NCBI GenBank assembly: GCA_005790545.1
Contig: SXUL01000068.1
Span: 20,623 to 84,622, forward strand
DNA from: Planctomycetia bacterium
GTDB taxonomy: Bacteria; Planctomycetota; GCA-002687715
Direction of reading: 5' to 3'
DNA: 64,000 nucleotides
The notes below the pieces were generated by a model. The model did no database searches. It was not told the origin of the DNA and saw only the letters and a program-made list of their open reading frames with translations. The translations under genes were made by a program, and so were the position numbers. Each line of letters opens with the position of its first letter. Position 1 is the stretch's first letter. Positions 18,986 through 27,782 of the stretch are shown one piece after another.

Positions 18986-20407
18986 TCAGTTCCGTGCAGC
19001 GGGGCGAAACACGAGGTCCGTGTCCTTGGCGGCCTTCACTTCATCCACGCGCGAGACGGGCGTGGTATGGGGCGCGAGCTTCAGGTGCTCCGGATTGCTT
19101 GCGGCTTCCGCCACCACGGCTTCCATGGCGTCGCAGAAGCGGTCGAGTTCGTCGAGTGACTCGGTCTCGGTGGGCTCGATCATGAGCGCACCGTGCACAT
19201 GGATGGGGAAGTAGACCGTCGGCGGATGGAATCCGTAATCGATGAGGCGCTTCGCGATGTCCAGCGTGATCACCTTGTTCGGGAGATCCTTGTCGTTGAA
19301 TACCACTTCATGCAGCGTCGGTGTCTTGATGGGCAGGTTGAGAACCTTCTCGAGGCGCGCGCGGATGTAGTTCGCGTTGAGCACGGCATCCTCGGTGACC
19401 TCCTTCAGGCCTCTGGCTCCGAGGGTGCGGATGTAGACCCACGCGCGAATGAACATGCCCCACTGGCCGAACCAGGTTTTCACCGGGCCGATAGACCGGG
19501 CATCGCCACTCGCCGGAGCAAAGGGGGCGAGATTGCGGTTGAAGCCGATCGGGCCGGAGCCCGGGCCACCACCGCCGTGGGGTGTGGTGAAGGTCTTGTG
19601 CAGGTTGAAGTGCATCACGTCCGCGCCAATGCGCCCGGGCTGGAACACACCCATGGCTGCGTTGAAATTGGCGCCGTCCATGTAGACGAGTCCGCCGGCC
19701 GTGTGCACCGCATCCGCGATGGATGCGAATTCTTCCTCGAACACGCCGAGCGTGTTCGGGTTCGTGATCATGATGGCTGCGAGGCGCTCGTTCAGGTGCT
19801 CCTTGATGCTCTCAAGGCGCAGAATGCCGTCCTTGCCGGACGTGACTTGCACGCAGCGGAAGCCGCACATGGCTGCGGAGGCGGGATTGGTTCCGTGGGC
19901 ACTGTCCGGAATGAGGAATACGTTGCGATCCTTCTGCCCGCGAGCGAGATGGTAGGCGCGGATCATGAAGACGGCGGTGAGTTCGCCGTGGGCGCCGGCA
20001 GCCGGAAGCAGCGAGACCTCATCGAAGCCGCTGAGGGCCGCGAGATCACGTGCCAATTCCTGCATGATGCGCTGATGCTGGACCAGGTACTGCGGTGGCC
20101 ACTCGGGGTGCACCGCAGCGTAGGCGGGATCCGCAGCGACAGCTTCGTTCAGCCGCGGGTTGTGCTTCATGGTGCAACTGCCGAGGGGGTAGAGCCCGCG
20201 GTCGATGTCCCAATTCAAGGTCGAGAGGCGCGTGTAATGGCGCACCACTTCCACTTCACCGACTTGTTCCATGCCCCCGAGGCCATCCTCGCGGCCCGCG
20301 AAATCGAGCACGATGCTGTCGATGTGTGCGTCGGGTGAGCAGGCGCGCAGCCACTCCTTGTCCGGAGCCGCGCGATGAAAGATGACGCTCTCAAGCGGCG
20401 TGCGCAT
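18986..20407 (-). CDS. gcvPB: glycine dehydrogenase (decarboxylating) subunit 2
   Basis: Motifs RHYTRLSTLNW, YPLGSCTMKHNP and the PLP region NLHKTFTTPHGGGGPG. Confidence 0.95.
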   Translation of the reverse strand: MRTPLESVIFHRAAPDKEWLRACSPDAHIDSIVLDFAGREDGLGGMEQVGEVEVVRHYTRLSTLNWDIDRGLYPLGSCTMKHNPRLNEAVAADPAYAAVHPEWPPQYLVQHQRIMQELARDLAALSGFDEVSLLPAAGAHGELTAVFMIRAYHLARGQKDRNVFLIPDSAHGTNPASAAMCGFRCVQVTSGKDGILRLESIKEHLNERLAAIMITNPNTLGVFEEEFASIADAVHTAGGLVYMDGANFNAAMGVFQPGRIGADVMHFNLHKTFTTPHGGGGPGSGPIGFNRNLAPFAPASGDARSIGPVKTWFGQWGMFIRAWVYIRTLGARGLKEVTEDAVLNANYIRARLEKVLNLPIKTPTLHEVVFNDKDLPNKVITLDIAKRLIDYGFHPPTVYFPIHVHGALMIEPTETESLDELDRFCDAMEAVVAEAASNPEHLKLAPHTTPVSRVDEVKAAKDTDLVFRPAARN

Positions 20408-21695
20408 GGGCCTTCAACTCCTTGATGATGGTGGACATGCGCGCGTAGTCGAGCTCCGTCAGGGCGATGAGGCGCTGGTGCTTGCGGCCATGCTTGTCGA
20501 GCGGAATGCCTAGCAGGAAGCCCGCGGCCTCCAGTCGAGCACCAAGCTCCGGGCGTGCGGAGCAGTCCACCACAAACTCATTGAAGAACGCGCCTGAGTA
20601 CACGCGGCGGAGCCCGAGCTCCTCCAGCGCAGCGAGGAACGCGCGGGCGGCACGCGCACTCATGCGCGCTGCTTCTTCAAGCCCCTTCCTTCCCATGAGG
20701 CTGATGTGAATGGCGCTCCTGAGGCACATCAGGCCCGAGGAGGTGCAGATGTTGCTGGTGGCCTTCTCGCGCCGGATGAACTGCTCGCGCGTGGCCAGTG
20801 TGATGCAGAAAGCCTCGATGCCGTTCCTGTCCACCGTGCGGCCCACGATGCGTCCGGGCATGGCGCGGATGTGCTTCTTGGCCGTGGCGAAGAAGCCGGC
20901 TGTCGGTCCGCCGAGTTGGAGTGGAATGCCGAGGCTCTGCATTTCTCCGCACACCACATCGGCCTCGGGAGGCTTCACGAGAGCCATGGAGAGGGCCTCG
21001 GTGACCACCACGATCCGGAAGGCGCCGGGCGCGATAGCGGTAGTTGATTCGAGCACGCCGAGCCAGTTCGGTGATTGCAGCACGACGGCGATCACGTCTT
21101 CGGCGCCGGCATCCAGCGGGACCTGCGTCGTGCCGGAGGTGGCGTCGAGCGCCATGTCGACCAGCTCGACATCCTGGAACTTGAGGTAGGTCGCGAGGAC
21201 TGCGCGGTACTGAGGATTGAGGGCGGCGCTTGCGAGCACGCGTCGGCCCTTCGGGCGCAGTCGCTTCGCCATGAGCACGGCTTCGACACAGGCCGTGGAG
21301 CCGTCGTACATCCCTCCGTTCGCGATTTCCTGGCCTGTGAGCATGCTCACGTAGGTCTGGAATTCGTAGTACATGCGCAATGTGCCTTGCGAGACTTCCG
21401 GTTGGTAGGGCGTGTAGCTGGTCACCCACTCGGAGCGTGCAGCGAGGCTTGCGACCGTGGAGGCGATGAAGTGGTTGTAGAGCCCGCTGCCTGTGAGCGC
21501 GATGCGCGGCAGCGGGATCTTGCCGTCCTCGAGCTCGGCCAGGAGTGATGCCTCCGGCACCGGGCCACGGACCTCAGGCATGCGCCGCGTGCGCAGGGCC
21601 GCGGGGACACCAGCCAGAAGTTGATCGACGCTCGTTGCGCCAATGCGCTGCAGCATCTTCTTCCGGTCGTTCGGAGTGATCGCGCTGTAGCGCAT
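20391..21695 (-). CDS. gcvPA: glycine dehydrogenase (decarboxylating) subunit 1
   Basis: 434 aa with SYTPYQPEVSQGTL. It lies between gcvH and gcvPB and overlaps gcvPB by 17 nt. Confidence 0.95.
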   Translation of the reverse strand: MRYSAITPNDRKKMLQRIGATSVDQLLAGVPAALRTRRMPEVRGPVPEASLLAELEDGKIPLPRIALTGSGLYNHFIASTVASLAARSEWVTSYTPYQPEVSQGTLRMYYEFQTYVSMLTGQEIANGGMYDGSTACVEAVLMAKRLRPKGRRVLASAALNPQYRAVLATYLKFQDVELVDMALDATSGTTQVPLDAGAEDVIAVVLQSPNWLGVLESTTAIAPGAFRIVVVTEALSMALVKPPEADVVCGEMQSLGIPLQLGGPTAGFFATAKKHIRAMPGRIVGRTVDRNGIEAFCITLATREQFIRREKATSNICTSSGLMCLRSAIHISLMGRKGLEEAARMSARAARAFLAALEELGLRRVYSGAFFNEFVVDCSARPELGARLEAAGFLLGIPLDKHGRKHQRLIALTELDYARMSTIIKELKAHAHAA

Positions 21696-21710
21696 GAAGA
21701 ACTCCCTCGC

Positions 21711-22112
21711 TCAGTGACCTGCGGAGCGGTCGTTCACGGACTTCTGGTACGCCGCGGGCGAGAGCAGGCTGTCTTGCTCACTCACCTTCTCCATGCGGAT
21801 CTTCAGCATCCAGCCCTTGCCGTAGGGATCGGACTTCAGGATGGAGAGGTCTTCCACGAGAGCATCGTTGCGCTCAAGCACTTCGCCGGTGATGGGCGCG
21901 TAGAGATCCGCGACGGCCTTGACGGATTCGATTTCGCCGAACACCTCACCTTGCTGGATGTCCTTGCCGACCTCGGGGAGGTCAAGGAACACCAGGTCGC
22001 TGAGTTGCTCGACGGCGTGGGCCGTGATGCCGATCCAGGCGACGCTGCCGGCAGCATCCACGCGCGCCCATTCATCCTTGTCCGTGTACTTGAGATCCGT
22101 AGGGAAGTTCAT
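21711..22112 (-). CDS. gcvH: glycine cleavage system protein H
   Basis: The internal ATG at 22112 gives MNFPTDLKYTDKDEWARV... The lipoyl-lysine motif is EIESVKAVADLYAP. The longer ORF-track entry (to 22298) overlaps gcvT. Confidence 0.95.
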   Translation of the reverse strand: MNFPTDLKYTDKDEWARVDAAGSVAWIGITAHAVEQLSDLVFLDLPEVGKDIQQGEVFGEIESVKAVADLYAPITGEVLERNDALVEDLSILKSDPYGKGWMLKIRMEKVSEQDSLLSPAAYQKSVNDRSAGH

Positions 22113-23221
22113 GCTTTCCTTTCGCTGCCGACAGGCTTCGATCGTTTGCGACTGTAGAAGGGTAGCTGTGTGAGCGTGGCCGCGCCTTCGTGGCGACGCG
22201 TCCGCACCTTGAGTGGGGTCCCGGCTGCGAGCGTCGCGGCATCGATGCGCGCTGTCGCGATGTTGCGGCCGAGGGTTGGCGAGCGTGTGCCACTGCAAAC
22301 CACGCCGACCACTTGCTCACCCGCGAGGACTTCCGAGCCTTGGCGCGGAATGCTGGGGCCATCGACGAACAGCGCCACGGTCTTCTTCAGTGGCGGGTTG
22401 GTCCCGAGGCGCTGGATGGCTGCACTGCCGATGTAATCCGCCTTCGAGCGCAGCGCGTAATCAAGGCCGGCTTCGAAGGGATTGACAGACAAGTCCATTT
22501 CGTGACCGTAGAGCGGCATCCCGGCTTCGAGACGCAGCGTGTCGCGGCAGCCGAGTCCGCACGGACGCACCCCAAGCTCCTTGCCCGCTTCGAGGGCGGC
22601 AAGGAACAGAGCACGCGCGTTCTCAGCGGGCACGATGAACTCGAATCCGTCTTCGCCGGTGTAGCCGGTGCGGGAAACCGTGAGGAGCCCGAACGGACTC
22701 TCAACATCCATGCAGTTGTAGTACTTGAGTGCCAGCACTGCAGCGAGTCCGATGCGCGTCACGACTTCCGCTGCCTTCGGCCCCTGCACCGCGACCATGG
22801 CGAGGCGTTCGGAGTCATCAGTGACTTCCGCGCCGATGGCGGCGGCTTCGCGCCGGATCACTGCGAGGTCCGCGACGCGGTTGCCTGCATTGATGACGAA
22901 CAGGAATCCCTGCTGTTCGCGGTAGATGAGAATGTCGTCGAGCACGGTGCCTTCAGGCGTGAGCAGCAGTGCGTAGCGCACACGGCCCTGCTCGAGATTC
23001 TCCGCGTCGTAGGTCTGCAAGCGCTGCACCAGTTCGAGGGCCTTCGGGCACCTGAAGCGCACGCGTCCCATGTGCGAGAGATCAAAGACACCCGCCGTCG
23101 TCCGGACGGCCTCATGCTCGGAGCTGATGTCCGTATACATGACCGGCATCTCGAAGCCGGCGAACTCCACCATGCGGGCTTTGAGTTCGATGTGGAGGGG
23201 CTTCAGGACGGTCGTGGCCAT
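22109..23221 (-). CDS. gcvT: glycine cleavage system aminomethyltransferase
   Basis: The internal ATG at 23221 gives MATTVLKPLHIELKARMVEFAGFEMPVMYTDISSEHEAVRTTAGVFDLSHMG... The upstream 112 codons of the ORF-track entry look non-coding. Confidence 0.95.
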   Translation of the reverse strand: MATTVLKPLHIELKARMVEFAGFEMPVMYTDISSEHEAVRTTAGVFDLSHMGRVRFRCPKALELVQRLQTYDAENLEQGRVRYALLLTPEGTVLDDILIYREQQGFLFVINAGNRVADLAVIRREAAAIGAEVTDDSERLAMVAVQGPKAAEVVTRIGLAAVLALKYYNCMDVESPFGLLTVSRTGYTGEDGFEFIVPAENARALFLAALEAGKELGVRPCGLGCRDTLRLEAGMPLYGHEMDLSVNPFEAGLDYALRSKADYIGSAAIQRLGTNPPLKKTVALFVDGPSIPRQGSEVLAGEQVVGVVCSGTRSPTLGRNIATARIDAATLAAGTPLKVRTRRHEGAATLTQLPFYSRKRSKPVGSERKA

Positions 23222-23255
23222 GCGCGCGCATTCTCCGTGTCCTCGGCGCAGGATC

Positions 23256-23279
23256 AATCCCGCGCCATGGCGCGGGATT
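23256..23279. promoter_or_regulatory. perfect 24-bp palindrome in the gcvT / MglA-like divergent spacer
   Basis: AATCCCGCGCCATGGCGCGGGATT is its own reverse complement. It lies 35 nt upstream of the gcvT ATG. It could be a dimeric regulator site or a leader-RNA hairpin. Confidence 0.5.
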
Positions 23280-23369
23280 CTGTAGACCCGGAGAGGCCTC
23301 TTCTGCGAAAATGACCAAGCTCTGGCAAGCTGACGCCGAAGTATGGACAACCACTGCTGAAGGTGACTC

Positions 23370-24089
23370 GTGGAACTGGACACAAGCACAGGAACTCTGA
23401 ACTTCCGGATCTTGATCCATGGCCCGGATGGAGCAACCAAGGCCCGCAATCTGGCAGGCCTGCAGGAGGCCCTGCCGCGGGACGAGGTGTCCGCCATCAG
23501 CACACTCCACGCGAGTGGCGACCGGGTCATGAGCTTTGTGCACCGGCCGCGGGGCATGGAGAGGCGCGGGTTCCACTGTGGATTCCATTACATGGTCGCA
23601 CCGGGTGCGGTGAAGGCACCGGCCCTTGAGCGGCTGATGATCCAGGCTGCGGATGCCGTTGTGTTCCTGCCTCAACGTGAGGACCCAGCGGGCGCGAGCT
23701 CTCGCTCGTGTTTCGAAGCGTTGTTGCGTGATGCGCGATCTGAGAGCGCCAAGCGTTCCATTCCGCTCTTCGCACTGGACTACTGCGATGCGCTGGACAG
23801 GTCGAGCACGGCCAGCATGTTCCGCACTCGCGAGCGTGTGCAGATTCTCGCGTCGCCTGGTGATACACCGGCAGCGATCCTCGACGTGCATGCGCGTGTG
23901 CGCAGCGAAGTCCTGCGCAGTTTCGATGGCCTCAGTCGCGAACGCGTGCGTGAACTGGAACAGCGGCGCAGCACCGCCAAGAGTCCTCTCCGCCTCGTGC
24001 GCGGAAGCCGTCTGCCTCTTCTGCTCGGTGCAGCGTTTGGCGTGGCGGGCATTGCGCTGCTCGCCTGGTGGCTCGCAGGGCAACTGTAA
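23370..24089 (+). CDS. MglA/Ras-like small-GTPase-fold protein with degenerate G motifs and a C-terminal TM anchor
   Basis: GTG start preceded by GAAGGTG. Blocks [45 protein letters not shown] and [10 protein letters not shown] parallel MglA as I recall it. The C-terminal helix is [23 protein letters not shown]. Confidence 0.65.
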   Translation: [239 protein letters not shown]

Positions 24090-24248
24090 GAAGCTTCACC
24101 GACCGCGCCGCCTGCTCTGTTCGGGGGTGATCCCGCTTCGCAGAGGCCGCTCGGATGCACTCGAAGGATCTGCTCAGCGGGACCCCATGCGCCACGCGCC
24201 GATACGGCGCAGGCGGCGCAGCGTGGAGGCGGCGCCGGGTGCGGACTG

Positions 24249-24518
24249 TCAGGCTCCGTCGTGGGAGCGACGCACCCAGGCCATGCGCAGATGTTGCAGG
24301 GCTTGGGTGAGCATCTCGGATTCCGATTCTTCGAGCGTGCCCCGCGTCTTCGCCTCGAGGATTCCGAGGAGATCAATGCTGAAGCGGGCACGCGGGAGGG
24401 AGATCTCCGTCGCGCCATCCACTGGGCTCGGCATTTCGCCAAGTGCGATAGCAGCCTGCGTGTAGAGCTGCATGACGAGATGCTCGAAGCGCGCCTCTGG
24501 CAGTTCTTCCTCGCTCAC
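24249..24518 (-). CDS. DUF1844 domain-containing protein
   Basis: The GTG at 24518 overlaps the pyrG stop (GTGA). The sequence [72 protein letters not shown] fits the DUF1844 pattern as I recall it. Confidence 0.8.
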   Translation of the reverse strand: MSEEELPEARFEHLVMQLYTQAAIALGEMPSPVDGATEISLPRARFSIDLLGILEAKTRGTLEESESEMLTQALQHLRMAWVRRSHDGA

Positions 24519-26155
24519 GAGCGCTCTCCTGCCACGCTGGCGCGACTCTTGGCCGCGCGAGCGCGCTGTTGCGCTGCGCGCACGAAACCCTTGAAGATGG
24601 GATGGGGCGTGAGCGGGCGGCTCTGGAATTCGGGATGGAATTGAACGGCGAGGAACCACGGGTGATCGGGATACTCGACGATCTCCACCAAGTCCTTCTC
24701 CACATACATGCCGGAGAAGACGAGGCCTTTGGCGGAGAGCAGTTGGCGGTAGCGGTTGTTCACCTCGAAGCGGTGACGATGCCGTTCGCTGATGCGCGCT
24801 TCGCCATACAGCGAGTGAGCAAGCGTGCCCTCCTTGAGTGTGCAGGGGTACGCCCCGAGGCGCATGGTGCCGCCCTTGTTGGCGACACCCTTCTGTTCAT
24901 CCATCAGGTCGATCACCGGTACCGGGCACTCGGGTTCGAACTCCGTCGAATTCGCGGGCGCGAGGCCGCACACGTTGCGTGCGAATTCGATGACCAGCAT
25001 TTGCAATCCGAGGCAGATGCCGAAGAGGGGAATTCCCTCCTCGCGTGCGAAGCGGATGGCTTCGATCTTGCCCTGGATGCCGCGGTGGCCGAAGCCGCCG
25101 GGGATGAGAATGCCGTCGACACCGGCAAGGTGGGCCCTCGCTCCGTCACGCTCAACGGCTTCCGCGTCGACCTTTTTGAGCTTCACCTTCACGCGCTGGG
25201 AGATGCCAGCATGCGCAAGGGATTCGTAGATGGATTTGTAGCTGTCATTGAGTTGGATGTACTTCCCGCACACCGCAATGGTCAGCTCTTCGTCGACGGC
25301 CTTGATGGTCTGCACCATCTCACGCCAGTCATCGAGATGCAGGTCGCCAGCAGGAAGCTGCAAACGACGCACGACGATTTCGTCCAGCCCGTGCTCCTGC
25401 AGCATGAGAGGAACTTCGTAGATGGTCGTGCGCACGTCGCGCTCCTCGATGACCGCTTCGCGCGGCACGTTGCAGAAGAGGGACAGCTTGCCGAGCATGT
25501 CGTCGTCCATCTCGACTTCCGTGCGACAAACCAGCACGTCCGGCTGGATGCCGATCTGGCGCAGGTGGGCCACCGAGTGCTGGCTGGGCTTCGTCTTCAG
25601 TTCACCGGCGGCGCGAATGTAGGGAACGAGAGTCAGGTGAATGAACATCACCTTGTCGCGACCCTGCTCGAGGGCGAACTGGCGGATGGCTTCGAGGAAA
25701 GGCAGGCTCTCAATGTCACCCACGGTGCCACCGACTTCGGTGATGACCACATCGAGGTCATGCGTGGCCATTTTGAGGATGGCGGACTTGATTTCGTTGG
25801 TGATGTGCGGGACGACCTGCACCGTACTGCCGAGGTACTCTCCGCGGCGCTCCTTCTCGATCACGGAGAGGTAGATGCGTCCGGTGGTGAAGTTGGAGTT
25901 CTTCGTGATGGGGGAGTGCGTGAAGCGCTCGTAGTGACCGAGATCGAGGTCGGTCTCAGCGCCGTCACTGGTGACGTACACCTCGCCATGCTGGTAGGGA
26001 CTCATGGTCCCCGGGTCCACGTTGATGTACGGGTCGAGCTTCTGCATACCGACCTTGAGCCCGCGACGTTCGAGCAAGAGCCCGATGGAGGCCGCGGTGA
26101 GGCCCTTGCCCAAGGAGGAAACCACACCACCCGTCACGAAGATGTAGCGTGCCAT
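24515..26155 (-). CDS. pyrG: CTP synthase
   Basis: The internal ATG at 26155 gives [29 protein letters not shown]... The glutamine amidotransferase motif is FGICLGLQ. The upstream 78 codons of the ORF-track entry are spurious. Confidence 0.96.
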   Translation of the reverse strand: MARYIFVTGGVVSSLGKGLTAASIGLLLERRGLKVGMQKLDPYINVDPGTMSPYQHGEVYVTSDGAETDLDLGHYERFTHSPITKNSNFTTGRIYLSVIEKERRGEYLGSTVQVVPHITNEIKSAILKMATHDLDVVITEVGGTVGDIESLPFLEAIRQFALEQGRDKVMFIHLTLVPYIRAAGELKTKPSQHSVAHLRQIGIQPDVLVCRTEVEMDDDMLGKLSLFCNVPREAVIEERDVRTTIYEVPLMLQEHGLDEIVVRRLQLPAGDLHLDDWREMVQTIKAVDEELTIAVCGKYIQLNDSYKSIYESLAHAGISQRVKVKLKKVDAEAVERDGARAHLAGVDGILIPGGFGHRGIQGKIEAIRFAREEGIPLFGICLGLQMLVIEFARNVCGLAPANSTEFEPECPVPVIDLMDEQKGVANKGGTMRLGAYPCTLKEGTLAHSLYGEARISERHRHRFEVNNRYRQLLSAKGLVFSGMYVEKDLVEIVEYPDHPWFLAVQFHPEFQSRPLTPHPIFKGFVRAAQQRARAAKSRASVAGERS

Positions 26156-26196
26156 CGCCAACTCTCCCCCTTGCCCTGCAGGTCCACGAACCGCGC

Positions 26197-26937
26197 TCAA
26201 CGCACCGCGCCGCGGCGCACGAAGGCTTCGAAGTCCTCCGGCGTGTCGATGCCCGTCGGGCATCTGCGCGCGCGCAGCACCTTCACAGGAATCCCGTGCT
26301 CCAGCAAGCGCAGCTGCTCGAGGGACTCGAGGACTTCCAGCGGCGATTGCGGGAGCCGGAGGAAGCGTGCGAGCGCTTCCCGGCGCCAAGCGTAGATGCC
26401 GAGGTGCAAGAGTGGCCAGCCCCCCGCGAGGATCGGCCCTTCTTTCCCGTGCGGGATGGGAGCGCGCGAGAAGTAGAGGGCACGCCCGGTCTCCGTCATC
26501 ACCACCTTGACGCGGTTCCGATTGGTGACGGCCTCGTCTGCCGGAAAGGGCGCTGCGGCCGTGGCGACCTGCGTCTCACGCTCTTGCCCGAGAGCCTCGA
26601 TCAATTGGTCGATGAGTTCCGGGTCGGTATCCGGCTCGTCCCCTTGGACATTCACGATGACATCGGCCGCGAGGCTTGGAAGCAGTTCGCCGATGCGGTC
26701 AGAGCCGGTCTTTGCTGCACGGGAGGTCATCCGCACCTGTCCACCGAAAGAACGTACCGCCTCCGCAATGCGCTCATCGTCCGTGGCTACAAGCACTTCC
26801 GTCGGAAGCTTGGCCAACTTCGCGCGCGCCCAGACGTGCTCGATGAGCGTCCTGCCGAAGGCTTTCAAGAGCGGCTTGCCCGGCAAGCGAGTACTGCCGT
26901 ATCGGGCCGGGATGACGACCACGGCCCGTGCGGACAT
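26197..26937 (-). CDS. kdsB: 3-deoxy-manno-octulosonate cytidylyltransferase
   Basis: [24 protein letters not shown] from the ATG at 26937. The ORF-track start at 26958 is a GTG. The chosen ATG lies 1 nt after the upstream stop. Confidence 0.9.
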   Translation of the reverse strand: MSARAVVVIPARYGSTRLPGKPLLKAFGRTLIEHVWARAKLAKLPTEVLVATDDERIAEAVRSFGGQVRMTSRAAKTGSDRIGELLPSLAADVIVNVQGDEPDTDPELIDQLIEALGQERETQVATAAAPFPADEAVTNRNRVKVVMTETGRALYFSRAPIPHGKEGPILAGGWPLLHLGIYAWRREALARFLRLPQSPLEVLESLEQLRLLEHGIPVKVLRARRCPTGIDTPEDFEAFVRRGAVR

Positions 26938-26938
26938 T

Positions 26939-27556
26939 TCAGCGCCCGATGGTGACACCTTGGGGGATCTCCACTTCTTTCCGCATGTTCCAGAAGGCCC
27001 ATGCGGCGATGCGCAGTTCGGATTGGCGCTTCATGAGGGCGCGACCGCGATCGTCGTCCGGTCCGGCCGGATTCCGACAGACCACCTTGGTGCGTTGTCC
27101 ATCGAGTTCGAAGTAAAGACACCAGCGAAAGCGCTCGGGCAGAGTTCCGTTGCCCGTGATGAGGGGCTCATCGCCTGCTTCGAAAGGGGTCGCCAGTTCC
27201 GTCAGCCCCTTCTCCCCGAGCCCTTTCAGCATGCGGTCCACGAGGGACTCGGGAAGCACTTTGAAGGTCTGGTCCTGACTACCGAGTGCGATGGACAAGC
27301 GTCCGCGCTCGGTGGCGAGCCCGGGATGGCCCTCATTGACGGCAACGGCACGCGTGACCCGGTCCTTGATGTGGTCGTAGATCACCATCCGGACCGTGCG
27401 CTTGCGGGCTTCGGGTTGAGCGGTTGCGGACGCATCAGCCGAGGCAGCCGGCGAAGTCGTCGGGCCGCTGGCAGGGGCGGCGTTGCCGGGTGTCTGGCAA
27501 GCGGAAAGAAGGAAAGCCAACACCAAGAGAGGGAGGAGGGTCGGGCGCATACGCAT
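26939..27556 (-). CDS. hypothetical lipoprotein
   Basis: Signal peptide with lipobox MRMRPTLLPLLVLAFLLSAC, then an Ala/Pro/Ser-rich linker. It is the first gene of the lipoprotein-kdsB-pyrG-DUF1844 string. Confidence 0.7.
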   Translation of the reverse strand: MRMRPTLLPLLVLAFLLSACQTPGNAAPASGPTTSPAASADASATAQPEARKRTVRMVIYDHIKDRVTRAVAVNEGHPGLATERGRLSIALGSQDQTFKVLPESLVDRMLKGLGEKGLTELATPFEAGDEPLITGNGTLPERFRWCLYFELDGQRTKVVCRNPAGPDDDRGRALMKRQSELRIAAWAFWNMRKEVEIPQGVTIGR

Positions 27557-27698
27557 CTCGGATGGACTCCAGCAGGGTGGCCGGTGGCGATGGTAACCGT
27601 CGAGTGTCGGGCGCGCAGAGTCTCTGCTGGTCGAGCGACAGTGTCCCGCATGCAGCGGTGCACTCGCAGAAGCTCCCCAACATTTTGTGGTGCGTTCG

Positions 27699-27727
27699 TT
27701 GACGTGCGTGCGTGTGCGTCATATGTT
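27699..27727 (+). promoter_or_regulatory. candidate sigma-70 promoter for the LysM gene
   Basis: TTGACG-N17-TATGTT located 56 nt upstream of the ATG at 27783. This is a prediction by eye only. Confidence 0.35.
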
Positions 27728-27782
27728 TCGGGCACTCGTGCCTTGAAGTCCGGGGGCGGACGGATGCCGAGCTGAGGACAAC

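Noticed and set aside
23285-23350. Glycine-riboswitch-like words (GGAGAG, CTCTGGCAAG, CGCCGAAG, GGACAA) in the gcvT upstream spacer.
   Set aside because: They lie on the plus strand, antisense to gcvT. They are in the wrong order relative to the aptamer consensus. I could not draw the P2/P3 helices. This is most likely chance in GC-rich DNA.
24569-26395. Very long ORFs antisense to real genes. Examples: +608 aa opposite pyrG, +480 aa (6258..7700) opposite the esterase, +381 aa (19193..20338) opposite gcvPB, +374 aa (22190..23314) opposite gcvT, -375 aa (9556..10683) opposite the Mo subunit, -424 aa (27435..28709) opposite the LysM gene, and -469 aa (36844..38253) in another frame of the GT-C gene.
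   Set aside because: Their translations are Arg/His/Cys/Gly-rich and show no motifs. The opposite strand carries clear family signatures and a proper GC3 bias. Stop-free shadow frames are expected in high-G+C DNA.
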